NCBI GenBank assembly: GCA_052389795.1
Contig: JBQTHO010000016.1
Location: forward strand, 9,822 to 73,821
From: Acidobacteriota bacterium
GTDB lineage: Bacteria; Acidobacteriota; Blastocatellia; Pyrinomonadales; Pyrinomonadaceae
Direction of reading: 5' to 3'
DNA: 64,000 bases
Both the position numbers and the translations under genes were made by a program. Positions within the stretch are counted from its first letter, which is position 1; each line of letters opens with the position of its first letter. Under the pieces are notes generated by a model, which had not been told where the DNA came from, ran no database searches, and saw only the letters and a program-made list of their open reading frames with translations. Below are positions 11,756 to 20,677 of this stretch, piece after piece.

Positions 11756-12367
11756 CTAAACACTTACTCCGTTTAGAAAAACATCCATCACGACATCGGC
11801 CATCGGCTCAAGTTTGTAGTTCCGGTGCGAGATAATCCAGTTGGTAGCCATCTCATCAAGTGCGCCGAACAGAATCTTTGCGCCGATTGTCGCGTTCAGG
11901 TCGTTGCGAAACACTCCGGCGCGCTTACCTTCTTCAAAAATGTCGTGCAGTAAACCCAGGTATTCAGCAAAGCCGGCGGCGGAAAATTCTTCCATGAATT
12001 TCGTCGAGCCGCGCAGCTCCACTTGAAACACCACGGCGAGATCGCGATCGGCGCCGAGCCTCTGCAGGTGCAGGGAAGCGATCTGTCTAAGTTTCTCGCG
12101 CGGGTCGCTGACCTCCTTGATCAGTTTGCGCGCGGCGGCGATCGCTTCCGCCATGTTCTGATCGAAGATCGAGTGCAGGATTTCTTCTTTGCTTTTGAAA
12201 TAGAGATAAACCGTGCCATCCGCGACCTCTGCGGCCCGCGCGATGTCGGCGACTTTCGAATTGAAATAGCCGTTACGCGCGAAGACTCGCGTGGCCGCGC
12301 GCAAGATGGCCGCCCGTTTGTCGGTGCTCGAGTTGCGCGAAGTGACTCGTTTAGCGGGACTGGCCAT
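11756..12367 (-). CDS. fadR: TetR/AcrR family regulator, Bacillus YsiA/FadR-type fatty-acid degradation repressor
   Basis: HTH region ILRAATRVFARNGYFNSKVADIARAAEVADGTVYLYFKSKEEIL. LAVVFQVELRGS and ILFGALDEMATNWII resemble B. subtilis FadR as I recall it. Sits upstream of fadD. Confidence 0.85.
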   Translation of the reverse strand: MASPAKRVTSRNSSTDKRAAILRAATRVFARNGYFNSKVADIARAAEVADGTVYLYFKSKEEILHSIFDQNMAEAIAAARKLIKEVSDPREKLRQIASLHLQRLGADRDLAVVFQVELRGSTKFMEEFSAAGFAEYLGLLHDIFEEGKRAGVFRNDLNATIGAKILFGALDEMATNWIISHRNYKLEPMADVVMDVFLNGVSV

Positions 12368-12371
12368 AGAA

Positions 12372-12389
12372 TGAATGAATCGTCACTCA
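12372..12389 (-). promoter_or_regulatory. candidate FadR (YsiA-type) operator overlapping the fadR 5' UTR
   Basis: TGAATGAATCGTCACTCA against the recalled B. subtilis FadR box TGAATGAnTAnTCATTCA: 14 of 16 specified positions match. Lies 5 nt upstream of the fadR start codon. Confidence 0.55.
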
Positions 12390-12484
12390 GTAACGCAAAC
12401 AGCGTAACTTGTCGGGGAAGTTCGGGCAAGGCGGAAACATGGGCATACTTCTTCTTAAACGCAGCACGGTGCCTCAAGGCTCCT

Positions 12485-12540
12485 GTTTAGACGGCGGACT
12501 TGTCCGCCGATCAGGGGCCGGACAAGTCCGGCCTCTAAAC
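12485..12540. repeat. Fam-D palindromic element (GTTTAGA..double hairpin..TCTAAAC)
   Basis: GTTTAGAC-GGCGGACTTGTCCGCC-GATCAGG-GGCCGGACAAGTCCGGCC-TCTAAAC. Lies downstream of the mscS stop. Confidence 0.8.
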
Positions 12541-12570
12541 GACTCTTTAAGGTTTATGCGAGGGTAACGG

Positions 12571-13521
12571 TCAATCTCCCGATTTGTCTGGAACTAACTT
12601 GTCGACAGTATCGAGCAACCCGCCTTCACGCAGACGCAACTCTGTCTGCGGAAAAGGAATCTCGATGCCGGCTTCGCGGAACAGCCTTTCGATTCGATAG
12701 TTAACGTCGCTGCGAATTTGCGGATGCAGGCGCGGGCGACGGGTCCAAACGAGCAGACGGAAATCGAGTGAGTAGTCTCCGAACTTGAGGAATTGAACTT
12801 TCGGTGGCGGATCTGTCAAAACATTATCGACATCTGCGGCTGCTCGCAGCAGAGTTCCAGTTACCAGGTCGACATCTGAGCTATAGGCCACGCCGACGGG
12901 AATTGCGATGCGCACGCGCGGATCGCCATACGACCAATTGATCAGACGCTGACTGACGAGGCGCGAATTCGGCACGATGATTGAGACGCGGTCGTTCGTA
13001 ACCACCACAGTCGTGCGAAGGTTAATGCTTTCAACATCGCCTTCATCATCGATAATCGTGACGTGATCGCCCACGCGTACGGGCCTTTCAAAAAGCAGGA
13101 TAAAGCCGGAGGCGATATCGGCGGCGATGTATTGCAAACCGAAGCCAATGCCGACTGACAGCGCGGTGAAGATAACTGCAATCGAGGTAAGGTCCAGATT
13201 GAACGCGGCTTTCAGCGCGAGCAACGCACCGACTGTGACTATTAGGTACTGCGTGATTCTTCCCAGCGTGTAACGCATTCCCGGATCGAGGTAGGCCCTC
13301 TTTTCAATGCTCCGCTTAAGCAAACGGCTGAGAGTGCGAGACAGGACGAGGGCCACGGCCAGGATCAGAAAACCCTGAATTAATCGGGTAACTGAAACCT
13401 CGACACTGCCGATCCGGTACGGCTCATTGAGATACCGCCAAATCCGCCCGATGAAACTAACGCCCTCCTGAAGCGCGAGAGCCGGAAGCGCCGACGCCAA
13501 ACCGTTGATAATGAAGGTCAC
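12571..13521 (-). CDS. mechanosensitive ion channel (MscS family)
   Basis: 316 aa. Three or four N-terminal TM helices, then an MscS beta-domain signature (FERPVRVGDHVTI...GDVESINLRTTVVVTNDRVSIIVPNSRL). Confidence 0.85.
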   Translation of the reverse strand: MTFIINGLASALPALALQEGVSFIGRIWRYLNEPYRIGSVEVSVTRLIQGFLILAVALVLSRTLSRLLKRSIEKRAYLDPGMRYTLGRITQYLIVTVGALLALKAAFNLDLTSIAVIFTALSVGIGFGLQYIAADIASGFILLFERPVRVGDHVTIIDDEGDVESINLRTTVVVTNDRVSIIVPNSRLVSQRLINWSYGDPRVRIAIPVGVAYSSDVDLVTGTLLRAAADVDNVLTDPPPKVQFLKFGDYSLDFRLLVWTRRPRLHPQIRSDVNYRIERLFREAGIEIPFPQTELRLREGGLLDTVDKLVPDKSGD

Positions 13522-13777
13522 AGAGTAACTATAGGAACCGCGGCCGTGAGCGTCAAAGTGGCTGTAACTGCCGCAAATGCAACTTTTTCTTCGATTTTGC
13601 TCGTACGGGTGTTAATAATCGGCAGACGCGTGGCGTTTTATGGGCGGAAGGGGATTTTCTACAGACATGTTAGCCGCCGTCAAACCGCTCAAAGTTGCAA
13701 CGCCATCCGTCGATTACGCCGAGAACCTCTTATTGGGAAGTCGCGTGACGACGCCCGGTTCCGCGGCCCTGAAAACC

Positions 13778-14323
13778 ATGTCGGCAGAAGCCAATAGTTC
13801 TCTCGAGACGCTTTTTCAGCAGCATCACGACCGCGTGTTTCGCACGGCCCACCGGGTCACGGGCAGCGCGGCGGATGCTGAAGACGTTTTGCAGACGGTT
13901 TTCCTGCGGTTGGCACGCGGGTCGGAAGCCGTGACGGTCCCGGACAACCCGGAAAGTTATTTTGCGCGAGCGGCAGTCAATGCGTCGCTCGATCTTTTAC
14001 GCGCGCGTAAACGTTCGAAGGTAGTTGCCTTCGACGACGTTGAGAGCGGCGCGGCGGCAATCGAATTAGTGTCGCGGCGTCATCCTGAAGCGAGTCAAGA
14101 AGATCGGGAGCTGCGGCAGTTGGTTCGCGAAGCGGTTTCGAAACTCGGGCCGACGGCCGGACAGATGTTCGCGCTTCGCTATTTCGAAGGATACGACAAC
14201 GGCGAGATTGCGCAGATGATGAAAACTTCGGCGCTGGTTGTGGGCGTGACACTGCATCGCGCGCGCACGCGTTTGCGAAAAGAGATTGGAAGTTACTTGC
14301 AGAAACATTCATCGAATGTTTAG
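13778..14323 (+). CDS. ECF-type RNA polymerase sigma factor
   Basis: Region 2 (HDRVFRTAHRVTGSAADAEDVLQTVFLRL) and region 4 HTH (GQMFALRYFEGYDNGEIAQMMKTSALVVGVTLHRARTRLRKEI). The ORF is open from 13640, but the ATG at 13778 gives the canonical ~181-aa length. Confidence 0.85.
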   Translation: MSAEANSSLETLFQQHHDRVFRTAHRVTGSAADAEDVLQTVFLRLARGSEAVTVPDNPESYFARAAVNASLDLLRARKRSKVVAFDDVESGAAAIELVSRRHPEASQEDRELRQLVREAVSKLGPTAGQMFALRYFEGYDNGEIAQMMKTSALVVGVTLHRARTRLRKEIGSYLQKHSSNV

Positions 14324-14368
14324 AGCGCGGACTTGTCCGCGCCGGCGGCACAAGTGCCGTCTCTAAAC
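14318..14368. repeat. Fam-D palindromic element between the sigma and anti-sigma genes
   Basis: GTTTAGAG-CGCGGACTTGTCCGCG-CC-GGCGGCACAAGTGCCGTC-TCTAAAC. Its GTTTAG supplies the sigma gene's TAG stop (14321-14323). Confidence 0.8.
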
Positions 14369-14412
14369 GAAGCGGAATGGGAATGGATTGAATTCATCTT
14401 GGAGTTAAAGCT

Positions 14413-17109
14413 ATGAAGAACAAAGAACTCGACAACATGCTGGACAAGGTCGCGACCGAGATTCGTGGCGAGCAGATTGAACCGGCGACGGTTAACGACG
14501 CTGCCGAGCGCGTGTGGATGCGAATGTCTTCGCAGTCGGGCGTCGTGACAAACGAAGCTTCGGTCACCGCGAGCGCCTCTGAGCACATCGAAAGCTGCGC
14601 CGATTTTCAATCGCTGATGCCGGCGTATGTGAGCCGCGAGCTGTCAGAAGCGCGCGCTCTTCTACTCGTCGATCACACGCATGAGTGCATTCCGTGCCGC
14701 AGGGCCTTGAAGGAAGCACGCACCACGCGGGTTGCGGTTGCAGTTGCGCCACGACGTCAAACGCGGAAGGCGTCTCGCTACAGCTTGAATCCCGTCATTC
14801 TTCGTTGGGGAATTGCCGCCACGCTCGTGATTGGTCTTGGGCTGGTGGCGTGGCCGTTGGTCGAACGTTACCTGCCGTTCGGCTCAGTCGAAGCGACGGT
14901 GCAAGCCGCTGACGGCGCCGTGTATCTGGTTGAAGACGCGAGGACGCAACCGCTGACAAACGGCGCAAAGCTCGCGCGTGGGCAGGTGATTCGGACCGCG
15001 AAAGACGCGCGCGCAGTCGTCCGCCTCGGCGACGGAACTCTAATCGAGATGAAAGATCGTTCTGAATTCTCGATCAATCAGACGTTGCGCGGCACCACCA
15101 TTCATCTTGGTTCGGGAAGCGTAATTGTCGAAGCGGCCAAGCAGAAGGATCGTCTGTTCCTCGACACCGGTGATTCGCTCGTGGCCGTGACGGGCACAAT
15201 CTTTTCAGCGAATGCCGGCACAAAGGGTTCGCGCGTCAGTGTAGTCGAGGGCTCAGTCAATCTCGATCACAACGGAAAAGAGCGCGTGCTGAAAGCCGGC
15301 GAGCAGGCGACAACCAGTGCCGCGATTCAAACCGTGCCCGTCAAGGAAGAGGTCGCCTGGAGTCGCAACGCCGCAAAGTATTCACAGGCTCTGGAAGCAC
15401 TGTCGGCGCTGAACAAAGATCTGAACGCTGTGTCGCAACCCGGCGTGCGTCACTCGACACGTCTGCTCGACATGATGCCTGAGAACACGGTGCTGTACGC
15501 GGCGGTTCCGAATCTGGCCGCGACGATCATCGAGTCGAACCGCCTCATCGAAGAGAAGATTCAGCAGAACCCGGCGCTGAGCGATTGGTTCAAGAACCGT
15601 CGCGAGCCGGGCATGAACAACGCCATCACCGCGATTCGCGATTTCGGCGAGCAGCTTGGTGAAGAGATTGCTGTCGGCGCAGCTATCGATGAAAAAGGCG
15701 AGCCCGCGCAGCCGCTGATTCTGGCCGAGTTGAAGAACGCCGCCGGCTTCCGCGCGTTCGTCGATGCGCAGGTGCAGAAGTTGAGCGCTTCAGGTAAGAA
15801 GGGCCCGAACATTCAGTGGATCGACGATCCGAGCACGGCCCAGGCTACTGCGACCGACCCGGCGGTGAAGAATTCCGACAAACAGATTTACGTTTGGATT
15901 AATGGCGAGGTGCTGGTCGGCTCTCCTAAGCTCGATCAGTTGCAGCGGGTCGCGACGACTCCGCAGACCTCGTTCACGACCAGCGCTTTCCGCAACCGCA
16001 TTGCGGATGTCTATCGGGAAGGCGCCGGGATTGTCGTGGCTGCGGACCTGGAAAAGGTCGTCGCGCGCGTTGGCCCGCTTCATAGTGCGAAATCCAAAGA
16101 TCCGGCAAAAGCGGAGAAACACGACCAGGCGCTCAACGAACTTGGCGTCATGAATCTGAATTCGTTCGTGCTCGATCAGAAAGTGACGAACGGCAAGACG
16201 CACACGCGCGCCGTGCTTTCGTACGACCAGACCGAACACGGCATCACTTCGTGGCTGGCACAACCCGGCCCGATGGGTTCGCTCGATTACATCTCGCCCG
16301 ACGCGAATCTGGTGGCGGGCTTTGTCATCAGGAACCCGACTGCGGTCGTGGACGACTTGCTGCGCGTGATCAACTCAGTCTCACCCGATGTCAAAACGCA
16401 TCTCGACAAGTTGGAGCGTGAGCACGGCCTGAATGTGCGCAATGATTTCGCGGCGACGCTGGGTGGTGAGTACGCCTTCGCGATCGACGGCCCGATTCTG
16501 CCGACGCCTTCGTGGAAGCTGGTGATCCAGGTCAATGACCCGGCCCGCCTGCAACAGACCCTTGAGCGCATCGTCGTCAAAATCAACGAAGAGGCCGCGA
16601 AGGAAGGCAAGAAAGGCCTGGCGTGGGAGCGCGCGGACAGCAGCAGTCGCACGTTCTACACACTGAAGTCGCAGGACTTCGGCGTCGAAGCGAATTACGT
16701 CTTCGTAAACGGCTACATGATTGCCGGCCCGACGCGCGCGCTGATTGAACAGGCGCTGCGGTATCACGACTCGGGATCGACGCTGAAGAACTCGGCGAAG
16801 TTCACCGCAGGTCTGCCGGCCGACGGCAATGTGAACTTCTCGGCGTTTGTTTATCACAACCTGGCGCCGCTGGTTCAGCCGTTTGCGAAAGGCATGGCGG
16901 GAGCGAAGCTGCCTTCCGGCCCGAGCAAAGCGCTCGCGATGGCCGCGACGATGGAGCCGACGTTGCTTTATGCGTACGCGTACGGCGATCGCATTGAAGT
17001 TGCCGCGAACACGGAAGGTGGGCCGTTTGGCTTGAGTCCGGCGTCGCTGCTTGGGATGCCCAACGCGTTCGCGCTGCATCACGTGCTCGAACAAGGAATG
17101 AAGAAATAA
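14413..17109 (+). CDS. membrane anti-sigma factor (zf-HC2, TM, FecR domain) with a large extracytoplasmic C-terminal domain
   Basis: Zinc-finger HTHECIPC (H-x3-C-x2-C) with an upstream Cys/His. TM helix VILRWGIAATLVIGLGLVAWPLV. FecR-like block GQVIRTAKDARAVVRLGDGTLIEMKDRSEF...VTGTIFS. The ~550-aa C-terminal region has motif-level similarity to the 21806-24256 product. Confidence 0.8.
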   Translation: MKNKELDNMLDKVATEIRGEQIEPATVNDAAERVWMRMSSQSGVVTNEASVTASASEHIESCADFQSLMPAYVSRELSEARALLLVDHTHECIPCRRALKEARTTRVAVAVAPRRQTRKASRYSLNPVILRWGIAATLVIGLGLVAWPLVERYLPFGSVEATVQAADGAVYLVEDARTQPLTNGAKLARGQVIRTAKDARAVVRLGDGTLIEMKDRSEFSINQTLRGTTIHLGSGSVIVEAAKQKDRLFLDTGDSLVAVTGTIFSANAGTKGSRVSVVEGSVNLDHNGKERVLKAGEQATTSAAIQTVPVKEEVAWSRNAAKYSQALEALSALNKDLNAVSQPGVRHSTRLLDMMPENTVLYAAVPNLAATIIESNRLIEEKIQQNPALSDWFKNRREPGMNNAITAIRDFGEQLGEEIAVGAAIDEKGEPAQPLILAELKNAAGFRAFVDAQVQKLSASGKKGPNIQWIDDPSTAQATATDPAVKNSDKQIYVWINGEVLVGSPKLDQLQRVATTPQTSFTTSAFRNRIADVYREGAGIVVAADLEKVVARVGPLHSAKSKDPAKAEKHDQALNELGVMNLNSFVLDQKVTNGKTHTRAVLSYDQTEHGITSWLAQPGPMGSLDYISPDANLVAGFVIRNPTAVVDDLLRVINSVSPDVKTHLDKLEREHGLNVRNDFAATLGGEYAFAIDGPILPTPSWKLVIQVNDPARLQQTLERIVVKINEEAAKEGKKGLAWERADSSSRTFYTLKSQDFGVEANYVFVNGYMIAGPTRALIEQALRYHDSGSTLKNSAKFTAGLPADGNVNFSAFVYHNLAPLVQPFAKGMAGAKLPSGPSKALAMAATMEPTLLYAYAYGDRIEVAANTEGGPFGLSPASLLGMPNAFALHHVLEQGMKK

Positions 17110-17118
17110 GCGAAGGAT

Positions 17119-17210
17119 TTCTCTGTGTCTCAGTGGAACTCGGTGTCTCGGTGGTGGAATTCGTCTAAAACAATTTCACCGAGGCACCGAGATTCGACAG
17201 AAACACTGAG
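17119..17210. repeat. Fam-F heptamer-arm inverted repeat (CTCTGTG/CACCGAG type)
   Basis: TCTCTGTGTCTCAGTGGAACTCGGTGTCTCGGTGGTGG pairs with CACCGAGGCACCGAGATTCGACAGAAACACTGAG. Related to the core of the 32817-33146 element. Confidence 0.7.
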
Positions 17211-17246
17211 CGTCCCTACTAACTCCTTCACATTCAGGGAGGGAGA

Positions 17247-17540
17247 ATGGAAATTCTGATGAACACACGGCCCATCTCCATCCAGCAGACTTCCGCCCCC
17301 GATCGCAAAGTTCTCATCAACGGACTGACGCTGATCGCGCTCGGAATCTCGATCTTCGCCCTCGATACTTGGGGAAACCTTTTCGTCTGGCTGTTCGTAG
17401 GGTTATTCTGGACTTCGTTCTTACTTTTCCTGAACGGTCCCGGTCTTGTCCGCGTGCTGCGGACGCTCAAAACGAATGGCAGACGAGGTCGCATCAATCA
17501 CAGCGTCGCAAACTACGAACGCCGAACCTTCGGCCAATGA
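17247..17540 (+). CDS. possible small membrane protein (97 aa, 2 TM)
   Basis: GGGAGGGAG precedes the ATG. Two hydrophobic helices ([35 protein letters not shown]). The 3' end overlaps the ABC ATPase ORF by 65 nt or more, so this is uncertain. Confidence 0.35.
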   Translation: MEILMNTRPISIQQTSAPDRKVLINGLTLIALGISIFALDTWGNLFVWLFVGLFWTSFLLFLNGPGLVRVLRTLKTNGRRGRINHSVANYERRTFGQ

Positions 17541-18534
17541 TCTGCAACGAGGTAGCGGGCAAGATGCCCGCGTTCCCGGGCAAACTACGAACGCCGAACC
17601 TCCGGTTATTGATCTGCAGAGTTTGTCGGTGACGTTCGGCGGGCGGCCGATACTGCGCGAGCTGAACGGCGAGCTGCGTGGTCGCGCAATCGGTTTGCTT
17701 GGGCCAAATGGCGCCGGCAAGACGACCCTGATTCATACGCTGCTCGGTTTTCACGAGCCCTCTTCGGGAACGGCGCACATCTTTGGGCGCGACATCCGCG
17801 CCGACGCCAATCAAATCAAGAGCCTGATCGGATACATGCCTGAGCGCGACTCGTTCATCGCGGGGATGTCATGCGTCCATTTTGTCCGGTTCATGGCTGA
17901 GTTGTCAGGGTTGCCGCCGGCCGCTGCACTCGAACGCGCGCACGAAGCCCTCTTCTTTGTCGGACTGGGCGAGGCTCGCTATCGCAATGTCGATACGTTC
18001 TCGCTCGGCATGAAGCAGTTGGCGAAACTGGCGCAGGCAATCGTACACGGACCGAAACTAATCTTTCTGGACGAGCCGACAAACGGCCTTGATCCGCCGG
18101 CGCGCCTGCGCATGATCAAGATGATCCGCGAGATTCGCGACAGCGGCCAGGCCAACATCGTGCTGTCATCGCATCTGCTGCGCGACGTTGAAGAGTGCTG
18201 CGAAGAGATTTTAATTCTGAAAGATGGACGGCTGGTCGTCTATTGCAACCTGGAAGAAGAGCGGCGCGCGAACAAGAAGTTTCTGATGCTCGAGACGCGC
18301 GGTGATTTGAAGCCGTTCGTCGCGGCGGTAAGCGAGATTGGCTGCGAGTATGCCGTGACGGGCGATCATCGTGTGAAGTTGATCCTTCAGGACAGCACAG
18401 AGGTTCGCGACCTTTATCGATTGGCGGCGAAAACAAATTTGCAGATTCGTCGGCTGAGCTACAAGCGGGATTCGCTCGAAGACATCTTCTTGAAAGCGAT
18501 GGAGAATGGGGCGGCGTCAGAGTACCAACTTTAG
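17446..18534 (+). CDS. ABC transporter ATP-binding protein (pair 1)
   Basis: Walker [10 protein letters not shown], signature FSLGMKQ, Walker [13 protein letters not shown]. The N-terminal extension contains an in-frame 72-nt duplication. The start could be the ATG at 17476. Confidence 0.9.
   Translation: MSACCGRSKRMADEVASITASQTTNAEPSANDLQRGSGQDARVPGQTTNAEPPVIDLQSLSVTFGGRPILRELNGELRGRAIGLLGPNGAGKTTLIHTLLGFHEPSSGTAHIFGRDIRADANQIKSLIGYMPERDSFIAGMSCVHFVRFMAELSGLPPAAALERAHEALFFVGLGEARYRNVDTFSLGMKQLAKLAQAIVHGPKLIFLDEPTNGLDPPARLRMIKMIREIRDSGQANIVLSSHLLRDVEECCEEILILKDGRLVVYCNLEEERRANKKFLMLETRGDLKPFVAAVSEIGCEYAVTGDHRVKLILQDSTEVRDLYRLAAKTNLQIRRLSYKRDSLEDIFLKAMENGAASEYQL
17509..17618 (+). repeat. 38-nt direct repeat (2 copies, 72-nt period) flanking a hairpin, inside the ATPase 5' end
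   Basis: CAAACTACGAACGCCGAACCTTCGGCCAATGATCTGCA (17509-17546) against 17581-17618, with 4 mismatches. The GCGGGCAAGATGCCCGC hairpin lies between them. Confidence 0.85.
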
Positions 18535-18600
18535 TTGGGCATCGTGGACGGCGGCTCCTTTGGAACAAAACCCGACTGAAGTCGGTACTCTAACAACACC

Positions 18601-19506
18601 ATGGCGGTAATTGAACGCACATACAAACGATACACAGGCGTGACGACGCCTGAGTGGAGCCGCTTCCTGATCATTACGCGCCACGCGTTTCGCGACGTGT
18701 TCCGCTCAAAGATCTTCACCGGCATCTTCCTTCTGTCGTTTATCTGGCCGCTGGTCTGCGCGATTCTGATTTACCTGCACCATAACGCGAACGTACTGGC
18801 GATGTGGCAGATTAACGTGCGCGACCTGCTGCCGATCGACGCGGCGTTCTTTCAATATTGGGTGGTCGTTCCGCAAGGCTATCTCGGGTTTTTCCTGGCG
18901 ATGCTAATCGGCCCGTCACAGGTCTCGCGCGATCTTACGAACAACGCCCTGCCGCTCTATCTTTGCCGTCCATTCACTCGCACTGAATACGTCGTGGGCA
19001 AAATGTCCATCGTCATTATTCTGCTGTCGTTGATGAGTTGGGTTCCCGGGCTGCTCCTGTTCCTGCTGCAAAGCTATCTCGAGGGCTGGACGTGGTTCAC
19101 GCAGAACATCCCGATCGCGAGCGCGATTTTCATGGGCAGCCTCGTGTGGATTCTTTTGTTGGCGTTAATGACGCAGGCGGTTTCGGCATGGGTGCGTTGG
19201 CGCGTCGCGTCGCGGGCGGCGCTGCTCGCCGCATTTTTCATTCCGTCCACCTTCGCGGCGATTGTGAATGAGATCTTCCAAACCAGTTGGGCAAACATCT
19301 TTTCTTTGCAGGCATTGATTTGGAACATTTGGGCTGGGTTGTTCGGGACGTTTCAGCGGCAGACGGTTCAGTTCGGCGGCCGTGACTCCCAGATATTATT
19401 GACTGAGCCACCGCTCTGGGCATCGTGGCTGGTGCTGTTTCTGATTTGCGCGGCATGCCTGGCGCTGTTGTCGCGAAAAGTTAAAGCGTACGAGGTCGTT
19501 AAATGA
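18601..19506 (+). CDS. ABC-2-type transporter permease (pair 1)
   Basis: 301 aa, about 6 TM helices. Immediately follows the ATPase. Confidence 0.75.
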   Translation: MAVIERTYKRYTGVTTPEWSRFLIITRHAFRDVFRSKIFTGIFLLSFIWPLVCAILIYLHHNANVLAMWQINVRDLLPIDAAFFQYWVVVPQGYLGFFLAMLIGPSQVSRDLTNNALPLYLCRPFTRTEYVVGKMSIVIILLSLMSWVPGLLLFLLQSYLEGWTWFTQNIPIASAIFMGSLVWILLLALMTQAVSAWVRWRVASRAALLAAFFIPSTFAAIVNEIFQTSWANIFSLQALIWNIWAGLFGTFQRQTVQFGGRDSQILLTEPPLWASWLVLFLICAACLALLSRKVKAYEVVK

Positions 19507-19512
19507 TGGGAG

Positions 19513-19612
19513 CGCGGGCATCCTGCCCGCAATCCGAGGCGTAGCCTCGGGAGGGTTTGAATTAGCGGACGGAAAGGCCGAGCCTTTCCGCACAGCAGGG
19601 CGGCACAGCCGC
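19513..19612. repeat. hairpin-bead element in an intra-cluster spacer
   Basis: Hairpins GCGGGCATCCTGCCCGC, CCGAGGCGTAGCCTCGG, CGGAAAGGCCGAGCCTTTCCG and GCGGCACAGCCGC in series. Confidence 0.7.
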
Positions 19613-19620
19613 AACGTCGA

Positions 19621-20595
19621 ATGAGTGAAGGCAAGTCAAATTCGCAATTCGCAATTCGCAATCCGCAATCTGAGATTGTCTTCGACAACGTCTCGAAGTT
19701 TTACGGCGAGATACTCGGCGTGAATCGCGTGACGCTTGCGATTCCGCCCGGCATCACCAGTCTCGTCGGTCCGAACGGCGCCGGGAAGACGACGCTGATG
19801 AATTTAATGACGGGCTTGCTGCGGCCGACGCGCGGCTCGGTCAACGTGCTTGGCATCCCAACGGATCGACCTGAGCAGTTGTTTCGGAAAGTTGGTTACT
19901 GCTCGCAATTCGATTCGTTTCCGCGCGGACTGACGGGTTGTGAGTTCATTCGCTCGTTTCTGCTCGTATCTGGTTATTCGAAAACCGAAAGTGAAGACTT
20001 AACGAATAAAGCTTTGGAGCGCGTCGATCTTGTCCCGGCCGGTGATCGAAAGATTGGTGCATACAGCAAAGGCATGCGGCAGCGCGTGCGTCTCGCGCAG
20101 TCAATCGCGCATCAGCCATCGGTTCTGATTCTGGACGAGCCGCTGAACGGTCTCGATCCGATGGTGCGCGCGGAAACGATTGCGTTGTTCAAGCAACTGG
20201 CGGCCGAAGGTCTGCACTTGATCATCTCGAGTCACATTCTGCACGAAGTGGACATGATGTCAGACCGGGTCGTGTTGCTGAACAACGGCTACGTCGTCGC
20301 CGAAGGCGGGATTCACGGCGTGCGCGACGAGATGGACAGTGAACATCCGATGCAGGTCCTGATTCGCTGCAACAAACCGGCGGTGCTCGCCGCGCGCATG
20401 TTCAGCAGCGACCACCTGGTCGAAGCGCGCGTGCACGATGATCGGCACGCGTTGTTCGTGAAGACGCGCGACCCCGACAAGTTCTATCTGCTTCTGAACG
20501 AAGTCGTCGCCGAAGGCGAAGTTGAGATCGAATCTGTCGCGCCGGTCGATGATGATCTAAGCGCCGTTTACGAATATTTGATTGGATCGCAGTAG
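19621..20595 (+). CDS. ABC transporter ATP-binding protein (pair 2)
   Basis: Walker [10 protein letters not shown], signature YSKGMRQRV, Walker [12 protein letters not shown]. The first ~17 codons are encoded by a TCGCAAT heptamer array (19638-19670). Confidence 0.9.
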   Translation: MSEGKSNSQFAIRNPQSEIVFDNVSKFYGEILGVNRVTLAIPPGITSLVGPNGAGKTTLMNLMTGLLRPTRGSVNVLGIPTDRPEQLFRKVGYCSQFDSFPRGLTGCEFIRSFLLVSGYSKTESEDLTNKALERVDLVPAGDRKIGAYSKGMRQRVRLAQSIAHQPSVLILDEPLNGLDPMVRAETIALFKQLAAEGLHLIISSHILHEVDMMSDRVVLLNNGYVVAEGGIHGVRDEMDSEHPMQVLIRCNKPAVLAARMFSSDHLVEARVHDDRHALFVKTRDPDKFYLLLNEVVAEGEVEIESVAPVDDDLSAVYEYLIGSQ

Positions 20596-20597
20596 GT

Positions 20598-20663
20598 GTT
20601 TAGAGGCGGGCGTTGCCCGCCGGAAATCCGAGTGACATCGGCGGGCAACGCCCGCCGCTAAAC
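20598..20663. repeat. Fam-D palindromic element between ATPase 2 and permease 2
   Basis: GTTTAGAG-GCGGGCGTTGCCCGCC-(18 nt)-GGCGGGCAACGCCCGCC-GCTAAAC. Starts 3 nt after the stop codon. Confidence 0.8.
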
Positions 20664-20677
20664 AGATTGAAGAGTTT

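Noticed and set aside
13578-13606. Candidate ECF-type promoter (TGCAAC-N18-CGTAC) upstream of the first sigma gene.
   Set aside because: The spacer is 1-2 nt longer than the usual AAC-N16/17-CGT, and the -35 lacks GGAAC. A second GGAAC..CGTC at 13534 has too short a spacer. No matching motif was found ahead of 17247 or 21806.
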